Below are positions 1 through 12,395 of a DNA stretch of 64,000 bases, in pieces; positions within the stretch are counted from its first letter, which is position 1, and every line of letters begins with the position of its first letter. Source of the DNA: Podarcis erhardii (lineage: Eukaryota); assembly GCA_964252035.1 (NCBI GenBank), contig OZ176200.1; one strand, 5' to 3'. The notes below the pieces were generated by a model. It ran no database searches, was not told the DNA's origin, and saw only the letters and a list, made by a program, of their open reading frames with translations. A program made the translations under genes and the position numbers.

Positions 1-2959
1 CCTGGTTTATATTTCTGGCAGCTGCGTGACAAAAGTGGCAGAGTTGGTAAAGTTGTTGAGCAAATAACTAGAAGAATTTAGAAAAAATAATAATGAGCCG
101 ATAAGACTTTGAACTATGGAAAATTCCTCTGCTTTCAGAATGTTGAAAGACTAGTGTCTGGTTTATGAGCCCTTCTGAAATTGAAGTTTGAAACCCAAAG
201 TTGGCAAAAGAGCTCCCATGTTTTAAAAACAGAGTGCAGAATAGAGGTGAAAAAAATCCATCAGCATCTGATTTCATTTAGAAATGTCTGTTTCAGTGAT
301 GGGTGTGTTTATGCTGAAGAGTCTAGCACACAGTGAAAAAAAATCCTAATGCTCTCAGCATCTGAAAGCACCTTGGAATTGATCCTGTCTTTTTTTCTTT
401 TTCTTTTTTTGTAAAAAAGCAAAATTAAAACTAGCTTGGCTGCTGCCTCTTAGCTGGGATGGTCACATCCTATCCTAGTTGAGACCTGGGTACACTGTAA
501 AGCAAGATGGCCCAACTTTTCATACCAAGTGGGCCACAAGAGTACTTCGACACGGAACCCATGGACCACACACTGTCTGCCTTGTTGAGGGGTGAGGGGA
601 GAGAGGTAAAAATTAAATGTCCCCCTCAGCTCTTGCACTGCCTTTTTGGGAAGGGAAGGGGTCCTAGATCCCTCACACCTCCTTCCCAAAGCTGGGAAAC
701 CACTAACTAGTGTTTGCGAAGGAGACATGGATGGGGTACATGTTCCTTCCAACTGTTCCTGTACTCCTGCTCTGACCAATCCACCTCATTGGTCATGTGG
801 CTGAGGCCGATGAGAGTTCAAGTCCAACAGCCACAGGTCCCCCAGCCCTGTTTTAAGTTAACTCCCTGCTTCATTGCACTGCTGTAGCTTTCCATCTGCT
901 TCGTATATCATCCCCCGCATCTAATATACTGCAGCACAGACTTTCCCAACCTGGCTACAGCTGGTGGCAGTTGTCCAAAACTTCTGGACGGCACCAAGTT
1001 GGGGAAGACGGCAGGATGTAGATATGGAATAGTTTTTGTCTCCATTATTGTAGCATCCTAACAACTCTGTGAAGGGGGGGGGGTCAGATTGGCACCCATC
1101 TAACTTTTCCCTGCCACAAGGCCTTGAAGATACTAGGCTGCTGTCCAAAACTCAAGGCATCAGCCATTCCCAAAGGCAGGAGGGGGCACTGTGTGTTATT
1201 TGCTGTAGTGCTTCATGATCAGCATGAAACTGGTGTGCTGACATGGTAAGCAGATCATGTGCAACATTTAATTTGAGTTCAAAAGTTAGTCCAAAGGCTT
1301 CTCCCCAGCCTTGCCTTCTAAGACTTTTTTAACTATGTAAAACTGGGGAGGGAACCCAAGATTGTTAATATATAGGAAAGCACAGGCTTTGTTCCCGACG
1401 TGTGCTACACTCCCTTTTCTTTTGTCTTGTATTCACACTTCTCTTCACTTCTGCTTTGTTTTTCAAACGGTGTCTGTCTGGTCATGTTTAGAATCCAGAA
1501 GAACTGTGGAATTTAACACCTAGCATTCTGCAGGTTTGCCTTCATTTCTATTCTGTCTTCTTTGGTCTTGTTAATCTTATGGCTGTAATTTTAGCCACTG
1601 CTGCTCAAACCCCTTCCTTTCTAGTATTTGTAAACTTTCCCTGCTGTGCCATATGTTAAATTACTCTTTTAGCCGGATACAGTAGCACAATATTGGTAAC
1701 CTAGTCAAAGGGTTATATGTCTGTCAGATCTGAAGGGAGGAATGATTGGAAACTTCAGAAAAGTGGGACTTGGGCTAAAAAACCAAAAAACCTTTGAGTA
1801 AATGGAACTATTTCATGGATCGAGCACAAATAATTTTTTTTTTTAATTAAATGAATTTTGTTCCTGGAAAACAGACTTTTTTCTTCTTGAAGACACTGGG
1901 ATGAAAATGTTTTCTGAAGAGCTGGATTTGGCCACTTGATACTTTGGATTTGTTTTTGTTTGCTTGCTTTCATTTATTTTCCCAATGACCCCTAGCAAAT
2001 TTGTTTAAGATGAAGCAGCATCACTTCAGTGTTGATGCTGGACTTTTCTGGAGTCATTTTCTCCAATAACTCTACTTAGTCCATTCCAAGCACTGGCAGG
2101 AGCCTGGAGATGTTTGGCCAGACCATTCATGCTTTTAGCCCTCATGTGTTCAGGCAAACACTTGAACACAACCTGAAGGACAGAGAGAACACAGGGACAG
2201 AACACCCTCAATATTTTGGGTCTGGTAATGCCCCCTCCCATTTTGTGGTTGAACCTGCAACACTTTAAATTCTCCAAATGTACTCATCAACCCCCAAAGG
2301 TTGGGGGAACCCTGCTTTAACCTTATGCTTAACCATTTGAATTTTCTCCATTCCTGGAGTGTTGGACAAGCACACAGTATGGACAAAAGTTTCCAGGTGA
2401 CCAGTTGGCTATGCTACTGAAATTAAGAGTACTATTAAGCAGTTGAATATCCTGTCAGCCAAGATATTATTTTTTCTTTGTATTTCTAGTCCACTTTCCA
2501 CAATGTTCCCTCCCCTATTTCATTGGTCTTGGTCTTGGTACAGCCTTTCACCTTTTCCAACCCAGCTTTCAGTAACTGGAATCAGTGCCTCACCTTCTCT
2601 AAACTGAAATCTGTCACCTTAAGAAGATTTATGCATGGGTGAGGGGAAGGAGGTCTGCTTAAAATGCTGTTAAAATTGGTGCTGCTCACTATAAAAGACC
2701 TGGGCATTATATGTCTAGCTAACCCCCATCTTTTAAAGTTGCAGGTTAGTCTGCAGTCCTTTCGAAGTCATTTCAGAATTCAGTGCAAGCAATTTCTCTT
2801 GTGTGCCTTTTTCTGGAATGAAAGCTGAATCACTGGCAACTTATGACAAATCTTCCTAACTGGGCAAAACTGTTCTGCCTGTCTCTGCCATACATTGGGT
2901 ATGCCTGGTGAGCATGCTGACCCAAGAAAAGTTTTCAAAACTGAAAAGATGTGAAAAAT

Positions 2960-2995
2960 CTACACTTGATCTTAGCCAAAAGGGCGAGAAGCGAT
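2960..2995 (-). pseudogene. 3'-truncated (tailless) U2 snRNA retropseudogene, U2 nt 1-36
   Basis: Reverse complement ATCGCTTCTCGCCCTTTTGGCTAAGATCAAGTGTAG is 35/36 identical to the U2 5' end. Flanked by direct repeat GATGTGAAAAATC (2948-2960, 2993-3005). Confidence 0.92.
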
Positions 2996-5900
2996 GTGAA
3001 AAATCAAGTTAACTGTTAAAACAGCTTTGCTTTGCAAAGAAGAGAGCTAATTGCAGTTTTGGCTCCCAACAAGTCAGATGTGGCTGGAGCATTACAAATA
3101 TTTTGCATTGCCAAATCAACTTTATATTGAAAAATACATGGGTTGCATGTGGAAATAAATTAGGGCATTCGTTATCTAGATTACTTTCTTTGGCACTTTT
3201 ATAAGATATTGCCCCTTACTGGTGGTAGGTTTGCTAGCTACCTTGAGGCTGTGATCAATTACTTCAGTAATTCTGCTTCCTCTTCCTCTTCCTCCAGTCC
3301 ATGCCCAATTCTGACAGGGCCATGGGGCTCATGACAGCATAGCATTAGAGGAAGAAAAACTCAGTTTAAAATCTTACTGCTTTCTCTCATGCCCCAGCTT
3401 AAGGAATCCTCTTCAGCGGATGATCTGGAGCTCCCTGATCGAAACATAGCCTGTCTCAAGGGACTGTGAGGTAGACCAGGGGTAACCCTTTCTGAGCTTC
3501 AGATGCCAGGTAGCCACCAGGCCCTAGGGAACAGAGGTGCCTAAAGGTGCAGACTTTAGTTGCTGAAGTGCCCACCTAAGGAACAAAGACACTTTAGGAG
3601 TAAAGGAATATTTGTGAGTAAGCTAATGTATGTGAATAGTCCAAATCTGCAAGCAATAAAGATGGCTTGTAGCTGTGTCGTGAGTGGGGACTCAAATTAA
3701 AAGCCCTTAGTTCCAGACCGAGTGCTAGAGCAGCTTCTTTGCTCTAGTTCCCTGACTTCTGTTTATCTAGCTTAGCTGGTCACTAGATATCTCCCCACAC
3801 CCTGTGTTTGGATTTTGGACTGTTCCTGTGTTGCCTGCATTTTGGCTCTGACCTTGCTTCTCATGCTAGTGCTAGTCTTATATTTGGACTTTTTAAGATT
3901 GGGATGGCCCTGTGAGCTCCCAGCTGTTCTTCCTGTGTGGCACCTGGAACAGCACATTTGCTGATAACTCTTTCAGACTCCACATTATTTGATCAAGTTT
4001 AATGAGATCATCCAGCTTCTCTGCTGTATCAGGTGATGTGTGTATGTGTACATACTGTACATACAGGAAGCATAAACATAGGATGCACATTTTATAAGCA
4101 CATTTACTAGCAGCAGTTCTGTGGAACATTCAAAATATCCTGAATGAAGTGCATTTAAAACACACAAAATATGTCAACGAGTGAAAGACATTTATGTGGC
4201 AGGAGCTCACTTGGTCCCCAGAGCTCCTATGTAAACAGCAGCTGTGTTGAGATCAGTCCAAAGTTGACTGTTCCAGGTTTTGGCTCACAACTGAAAGAGA
4301 ATTCGGAGGTGTAAACATTTAAAGGGCCGTGATACACTGCCCTTCCTCTGTCTTGAATCAGTTACACAAACAATAAACTAATAGTACTGTCATGGGGCAG
4401 GGGCAGACAACGCATGGGGAGGCAAAATTCCAAGGCTCTAAGATCCTCAGAAACCTTATTCAAAGGGATCATGATTTCATCAGCTTCCTCAGGAATTTAT
4501 GCCTTTCACCCCTGCCAGGTTGTCCTGATTACCAATCTTCTTTCCTCACCCCATAGAAATGAATGAAGCAAAAGTATTCATTCATTTCTATGGAGCAGGA
4601 GACAGGGGTTGCAAATGCAGTCAGGAAAACCCTCACACAGGAAACACGATTTCCATCTTACAAGAAGATGCACCTGGAGGGGGACTTATTTTTGTTTACG
4701 GCAGCAAGATAACTTATCCCTTCTGGGTTAGAAGCTTTTGACTGTTTCAGGTGGTTGTTGTTTTCAATATGGAGTGCCCTTTTGAATTGCCCAGTGAGAA
4801 GGCTGTAGAATGCTTAGCTCTCATACTGATTCTATAGAAATACACAGTTTCTACTTTGCCCAGTGATTGCACCAGGTTCATTCTAGTTGAACTGGCTTAG
4901 GGATTATTATTTGATCATCTCGCCATGTGCTCTGGTATTTGTAACTCCAAAGTATTGCTACCAGACACTCCAATCTCTGCCGAGCAGTTCGAGATTTCAG
5001 CAGTCTTGGTGCTCAACCAGGGCTGGTGTTTCCTTCGAGGAAAATGTGGCATGGCGGAAGCTGTAGTGTCTTTATGAAATATGGTTTACTTCTACATATT
5101 TAGCCCCGAGTCTGGATGGAGCAAGGGATCAGAGCATCACATCTCATGAAGGGCTTCCTCCCTGTAACAGTGCAGCATTGGATTCAAAAGCAGCCCAAAC
5201 GCCATCTCTCTGTCTCCTCCTCACAGCTTATCTGTCCCTCAGCCCGCATGGCCTCTGGCTCCACCCTTCTTCTTCTTCCCCAAAACCCTTGCAAAAAAAT
5301 GCAACCCATGCCTCAAGTAAAAAGGACATTTCCCCCCCTGGGGTAACATCACACCCCCTGTAACCCTGGCAACCTCCCCCTCCCAACTCCGCTATAATTT
5401 TTCACTAACTAACACACAGCTGGGGGAGGGACTCCACCCCCTTATTGTTTTGCTGTGTGCAAGGACAGCTAGCTAGCCCTAGCTTGACTGAACAGCTGCT
5501 TTACAAATATGGTGGCCTCTTGTAAGTGACAGGAAGCTTAGGCCAAAAGGTGAAAGGAGGGGCAGACAAAATATTAAGGAGGTAGAGTAAAAGAGCAGAT
5601 GTAAAGGTCAGTTAAAACTGGAATGTCACATTGAAAGCTGTCAGGAGACCAAACTGCCTATTTGTCTTTTTAAATAACTGGCATTTGTATGATTGCAACG
5701 TCGACATTTAGATTGCAAAAACTGTTAAAGGACTCAAGTGAATTATGACTTCAGTATTTTTTTTTTCCTGTAGTGGTGAGCTCCTCAGTGTTATTACAAC
5801 TGTTTGATGGTCTGCTACTTAGTGATGAATTAATGCAGCTTTTACAAAGCAATATAATGGTGGGATTTACATAATACAGGAATTTACTGTACCTTTTTTA

Positions 5901-7411
5901 TTTCTTCAAAATGGTGTCGAGAAGTGAGTTGTAATAAAATTGTAGGAATAAGGGCAGAACAGCCAAAGCAGCTACGTTATGCTGAGGTTGTCCTGCCCTC
6001 TCTGTAATGTGCAGTACAACTTACTCCTACGTTCCTGTTATTGTTGCCCAGAGCATTTGTCCACTCCTGCTAGTGACAGCCAGTGATGTGGGGGCTGGGA
6101 AAACCCAGAGGCAGGGATGGCTTACAACAAACACTCAGTTGCCCTGAGTGAGGTGCTAAGAATGTCTTCAGCAGGTAGGAGTTGCAGGCTCTCTCATTCA
6201 GAGGTAGGATAATTTGGGCATGATGCTGACCTTAGTCAAGCCAAAGAGCTATGCTAGTGGACCAATAGAACCTGAGGAAGACTGTTGAATTTATAACATC
6301 CCTTTGAGATGGTTGTTTTTTACCTTCTGATATATCTACTGAGTGGGTAATTTTGCCTTCAGCAGTATCAAGGGTGCGTGGCATATTTGTTATTTTTAGT
6401 CTTGTCTTTGTTTCATTACTGGGCACTTATGAAAGTTGTGACACTATGACTTTCTTTTGCATGTGGAACACTCAAAAGTTTTGTTGCTTGACTCTGACGT
6501 ACCTGTTAATACAATGGCATTTGCTTTGTGAGAGTGGGAAGCCTTGTTTGTCAGTTGGCTGGTCTGCAATATTGCCCAAGGCAGAAACGGCTAGGAATGA
6601 TCTTCTGTGATGGTTCTAATTGTGAGTTGTATTGCCTTGAAGTTCATGTTTTATATTCTGACTGAACTTGTTACCAGTAGCTGGAATGAAACAGAGTTGG
6701 GTGCCCTTTGTACAATTGCAAAACATTTCTCTTGTTCTAAAACCCTATGGAGATAAGTGTTTGCATCAAAGACACAATGTTCTAAGGCAGGATGCAAAGA
6801 AGTCAGATGAATGTAATGTCAGGGACACTTGACAGCAGTCTTGTTCCCATAGAGAGGGCAACTCCTTTCAACAGCTGTGGGGTTCAGCCAACCTGACGGA
6901 ACAACTTCTATCTCCATTCAAATTGATATGCTCAAAGTTGATGTTTCTGCCTGTATGGGACTTATATTCCCACGCACCCCTCCACCAGGTTGATGGCAAG
7001 TTTGGAGGGGCATGATCTAGCTTGGGAAATGGCATAGAGTGAAAGGATTAAGCTGCTGCTAAGATCAAAACTGGAAACTTCAGTGGCAACTTTATTTTAT
7101 AAAGAGTCAACAAGAGCTGACCTTTGCATTGTGTTTGTTTGGTTTGGTTGCATGTTGTTTACCACTGCTCCATTCCATTGTTGCAAGCAGTAATACCAGG
7201 TGAGATTAGTTTTGCAAGACCATGGAGCCTGCCACCAATTCTCTGTTCCAGAATTGGTCTTCTAAGACAAATTTCTCCTGAGAGGTTTCACATACACGAT
7301 TACTCTTGTAAAAAAATGTTTGGAACCCTGCATGGGGAAAACGTAATTTGATGTGAGCGGGGGGGGGGGGGGGGATAGAAGCAGCTTTTTCCAAAATAAA
7401 AGAGTATCATG

Positions 7412-7870
7412 TTTTATTTATTTATCAATTTATTTATTGCAAATACTCCTTCCTCCAAAAGAAGCCCAGGGCAATATACAACAAAAGATAAAAGAATAAA
7501 ATACATAAATAAAGAAAATGCATGGGAAAGCCAAAAATATCTGTAAATGAACAAAATAATACAAACACAGAATAGTCCACTGTGGTTAGGCATTTGAGGG
7601 CAAATTGTAAAGGCTGGGGTAAGTGAAATCGCCTTCAACTGATGTCTAAATGCAAACAAGTAGGACAACAGTGGACATTGCAGTTAGGGTGGCATTAATG
7701 GAGAAGGCCCTGCTGCATGTTCCCAAATCACAAATCCTAGGGAGGACTGCAAATAGACACACCCACCCTGGTAGATTTAAAAAATTGAGTCAGCTGGTAT
7801 TGGAGGAGCTCCCAAAGATGCTTGTGTGTAACAGTTATTTAGGACATCCGGTTCATCCGCTGGTTCAGCG
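7412..7870 (-). mobile_element. Degenerate L2-like LINE 3' fragment (boundaries approximate)
   Basis: (TTTA)n tail followed by cttcctccaaaagaagcccagggc, resembling squamate L2 3' ends as I recall them. Confidence 0.45.
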
Positions 7871-7874
7871 ATGA

Positions 7875-8000
7875 CATAGGAGCAAGATAGGAAGTTGCCA
7901 TATCCAGAGCCAGACCTTTTGTCTATTTAGCTCACTGACTGGTTGTGAGTCTCCAGGGTCTCAGACAGGGCACGTTCCCAGCCCTGCCTGGATGATGCCT
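7875..8000 (-). mobile_element. Fragment of a squamate tRNA-derived SINE
   Basis: cataggagcaagataggaagttgcc...ctccagggtctcagacaggg...cccagccctgcctgga resembles a common lizard SINE body; recognised from memory. Confidence 0.45.
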
Positions 8001-9879
8001 TGTTGAGAGGAGGTTAGGATACAAACAACCAAACAAATCAAAAGTAGCTATTGCAACATCCTCTGTAGCTTAACCAAAACAAAATTTACTGAGGCTCAGC
8101 AACGACAAAAATACATTAGTCTACTTTTCCTTCATGCCATGGCAATAAGGTGTGCACACAAATGTACACATCAAAAGAGTGGTTGCCATGGCCAAACTCT
8201 GTTATCTGCCACCTTCACTATCCTTTAGTTTGAAAGACTTGAATATCAGCAAGTCCAGCTCTGATTTGGGCTTAATTCTTTCTTTGCCCCCGTGCTTCAG
8301 GTAGGCTGTCTGGCTTTTTCTTTATTCATTTTTAAACAACAAAGCACTGCATCAAAGACTGTAAAATGCCTATGTGGATGATGGTGATGGGGAGATGGGA
8401 TCACGACATCACAGCTGTCAGCCAATCAACATTGCTTGTGGTTTAAGTCTGTCGCAAACCTGCTGAATCCCAGTGGCAATGAGCGTGCTTCACTCCTAAC
8501 CTGCCCTCCAGTGGGAGCCTCTGCTGGATCTGGGTTCTTTCTACGAAGAACATGTCAGGATCCAACCCATTATTTATGATTACACTTTAGTGTCATTCCT
8601 TCAAGGACGGTGTACACGGGGCACCTGTTTCCCCCCCCCTACTTTTATTCTCGTAGTGGTCCTTTGAGGTAAATCAGTGTGAGAGATGGTCGCCGGCTCC
8701 AAGGTCAACTTCATGACTGAGCTGAGTTTGGTAGCCGAATAATTGTTCCTGGAGAACCTGCACAGCTGCTCGCAAGAATCTCAGGAAACACAGGTGCTAG
8801 TATTCCGCTTATTACCTCTTCTTGTCCCTGTCCGTGTTTGTAAAGGAAGCGAGTTTGGCATCTTTCAGCAAACTTTCCTTCTTCAAAAGATTTCCCCTCC
8901 CACACAAGCACAACACCCCTTCCCATAGGAAGTGTGGCAGCACTTACTGGTTTCCTGCTGCTGACTGGCTTCTGCTAGGTGTAATTTAGTGTTGTACAGG
9001 GGAAAACAATATAATGGGTGGTATTGTTGTCAAGAGGGATGTTATGTTCGGGTTCTGTAATTCCATGTGCAGCCGGACTTTGAAATGTCTCAGCCAAGTG
9101 AAATCTATGGTTAGAGGCAGTGTTGGACATGTTCGGCACGTACAAGGGAGGCACCAAACCAAATCAAGCTGCTTGGTTTTCAGTGAAGAAAACTTGGGTT
9201 TCTGCTTTAGTTTGTAAAGTAAGGCCTTGTTTCATAGTCTGCATGCCAGTATTGTTTGAGGTGCACAGAAGAGTCCATGGTTTGCAGAACTTAGCAGAAG
9301 AACCTCTCATGTACAGCTGCCAACTCCTTTGGGCAGTGAGGGAAATGGAAAGCAAGTTGCCAGAGTACAGGAGGGAGGAGAGAAGGGGCAGCACCTGCTG
9401 CTGAGTGAGCTGCATAGTGAGCACTGGCTGAGGAACAGGGGCGGACGGGGGAGTGTACTGCCCTTCACCATTGGGGAGGGGGTACCATCGCAGCTGCCCC
9501 CCAACATGCGCCGCGCACCATGCCCCTGGGATGCGTGCCAGCCACCCCCCTACCTGCTCTTCACCCCCGGTGCCAGAGCATGCAGCTTCACCACTGATTG
9601 TGAGTCCACAGATATAGAAGCAAGTGCACACGCACATGGAAAGGGCAGTGGCTCCTGCCCTTTCTGACACATGGCAACATGAACTAAATGAGGAGACAAA
9701 GCTACTGTTCAAAATCAAGTAGAATTGTGAGCATGTACTATTGGATTGCTGTGATATATTTGACATTATTGACTGAAGTCAATTGAATGTTAAACGGTGT
9801 CGATCGACCACTTTGTCTTAGAAGCCATAAGTTCTAATGCAGTTGGCCTCCAATCAACCATTTGGCTGCTTGCTTGCTT

Positions 9880-10113
9880 ATTGATTGATTGATTGATTGA
9901 TTGATTACATCTATAGACCCACTTTTCCTCCAAAGAGCTCAGAGTGGTGCACATGGTTCCCTGGTCTCCATGTTATCCTTACAACAACCCTGTGAGGTAG
10001 ATCACTCGAGTCTATGGTGGCCCAGGATTATTCAGTGAGGTTCATGGGTGGGTTGGAATTTGGACCTTGGTCTTCCAGTTCCTGGCCCAACACTCTCCTA
10101 TACCATACTGGCC
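9880..10113 (-). mobile_element. MIR/CORE-like tRNA-derived SINE with (ATTG)n tail
   Basis: Reverse complement has a tRNA-like head (ccagtatggtataggagagtgttgg...ggtccaaattcc), the core motif ctcacagggttgttgtaaggataa and an L2-type tail ending in (CAAT)6. Confidence 0.7.
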
Positions 10114-10792
10114 TTTGTGGATGACACAAAGTAAACTAAGATGGTAAAAATGGAAGGTTTCTGCCAGAAGCTCCAAAAGGAACTCTCCAAACCAGATGAA
10201 TGGGCAACAAAATGCCAAAGGTAGTTCAAGGTAAGTAAAGTGCTGCTCTTAGGGGGGCAAAAAACCCAAATCCCGGCTTTACAGTATAAATTGACTGGGT
10301 CTTAACTGGCAGTTACTGATCAGGAAAATTATGTTGGAGTCATGGTTGATAGCTTAGTGAAAAATCTGGTTTAGGCTAAAACAGCTAGGAGATACTAGGA
10401 AAGGGATAAAAAAATATCGCCAGTATTGTAATGCTCTATATACAAATCTATTGTGGAGTCAAATTTGAGATACTGTGCAAATTTGGGTCACCATATCTCC
10501 AGAAAAACGGCTAGAAAAAGTGTAGGAAAGGGCAATAGAAATTATTGGGGGTGAGGGGAGCACTTACCCTACAAGGAAAGGCTACAATGATTGGGGGTTT
10601 TTTGTTTAGGAAAAAAAAAGACGAATAAGGGGAGACATTACTGAGATTGTTCACTTTCTTCATTCTATGTATAATTTTAGCAAATATACCCCCCTTTCTC
10701 TCAAAGTACTAGAACCAGGGGACATCTGATGAAACTGAGTGGCAGCAGAGATAAGGTGGAAGGCACTTCTTCATACAGTGCACAAATAATGT
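10114..10792 (+). mobile_element. Old degenerate CR1 ORF2 3' fragment
   Basis: Interrupted remnants of FVDDTK, YCxQFWSP-like, LPYKERL and RTRGH-like motifs with many frameshifts. Confidence 0.7.
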
Positions 10793-12395
10793 AGAATCAT
10801 AGAATCATAGAGTTGGAAGAGACCACAAGGGCCATCGAGTCCAACCCCCTGCCAAGCAGGAAACACCATCAGAGCACTCCTGACATATGGTTGTCAAGCC
10901 TCTGCTTAAAGACCTCCAAAGAAGGAGACTCCACCACACTCCTTGGCAGCAAATTCCACTGTCAAACAGCTCTTACTGTCAGGAAGTTCTTCCTAATGTT
11001 TAGGTGGAATCTTCTTTCTTGTAGTTTGGAACCATTGCTCCGTGTCCGCTTCTCTGGAGCAGCAGAAAACAACCTTTCTCCCTCCTCTATGTGACATCCT
11101 TTTATATATTTGAACATGGCTATCATATCACCCCTTAACCTCCTCTTCTCCAGGCTAAACATGCCCAACTCCCTTAGCCGTTCCTCATAAGGCATCGTTT
11201 CCAGGCCTTTGACCATTTTGGTTGCCCTCCTCTGGACACGTTCCAGTTTGTCAGTGTCCTTCTTGAACTGTGGTGCCCAGAACTGGACACAGTACTCCAG
11301 GTGAGGTCTGACCAGAGCAGAATACAGTGGCACTATTACTTCCCTTGATCTAGATGCTATACTCCTATTGATGCAGCCCAGAATTGCATTGGCTTTTTTA
11401 GCTGCTGCGTCACACTGTTGGCTCATGTCAAGTTTGTGGTCAACCAAGACTCCTAGATCCTTTTCACATGTACTGCTCTCAAGCCAGGTGTCACCCATCT
11501 TGTATTTGTGCCTCTCATTTTTTTTGCCCAAGTGCAATACTTTACATTTCTCCCTGTTAAAATTTATCTTGTTTGTTTTGGCCCAGTTCTCTAATCTGTC
11601 AAGGTCGTTTTGAAGTGTGATCCTGTCCTCTGGGGTGTTAGCCACCCCTCCCAGTTTGGTGTCATCTACAAATTTGATCAGGATGCCCTTGAGTCCATCA
11701 TCCAAGTCGTTGATAAAGATGTTGAATAAGACCGGGCCCAAGACAGAATCCTGTGGCACCCCACTAGTCACTCTTCTCCAGGCTGAAGAGGAACCATTGA
11801 TGAGCACCCTTTGGGTTTGGTCAGTCAGCCAGTTACAAATCTACTGAGTGGTAGCATAGTCAAGACCTCATTTTACCAGCTTCTTTACAAGAATATCATG
11901 GTGCACCTTGTCAAATGCCTTGCTGAAATCAAGGTAGGCTACATCCACTGCGTTCCCTTCATCTACCAGGCTTGTAATTCTGTCAAAAAGCGAGATCAGG
12001 TTAGTCTGACATGACTTATTTTTCAGAAATCCATGCTGACTATTGGTGATCACAGCATTCCTTTCTAGGTGCTCACAGACTGTTTGCTTAATGATCTGCT
12101 CCAGAATCTTCCCTGGTATTAATGTCAGACTGACTGGGTGGTAATTATTTGGGTCCTCTCTTTTCCCCTTTTTGAAAATAGGGACAACATTTGCCCTCCT
12201 CCAGTCTGCCGGGACTTCGCCTGTTCTCCAGGAATTCTCAAAGATGACTGCCAGTGGTTCTGAGATCACATCTGCCAGTTCTTTTAATACTCTTGGATGC
12301 AGCTCATCTGGCCCTGGAGACTTGAATACATCTAAACTAGCCAAGTATTCTTGTACTATCTCCTTAGTTATTCTGGGCTGTGTTTCCTCTGCTGA
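10793..12395 (-). mobile_element. Young 5'-truncated CR1 LINE (RT domain and 3'UTR)
   Basis: ORFs 11868..12344 and 10962..11807 are in the same frame ([39 protein letters not shown]), split by TGA (11868-70) and TAG (11841-43). (ATTCTATG)n tail at 10793-10811. Confidence 0.95.

Noticed and set aside
7359-7374. G16 run as a G-quadruplex element
   Set aside because: Homopolymer runs are common here and error-prone in assemblies; there is no supporting context.
8700-8730. Nuclear-receptor half-site CCAAGGTCA and nearby motifs as an enhancer
   Set aside because: A single short motif cannot be supported without conservation data.
9164-9766. 200-aa minus-strand ORF and overlapping ORFs
   Set aside because: No recognisable domain, low-complexity composition, and the usual background of short ORFs in vertebrate introns.
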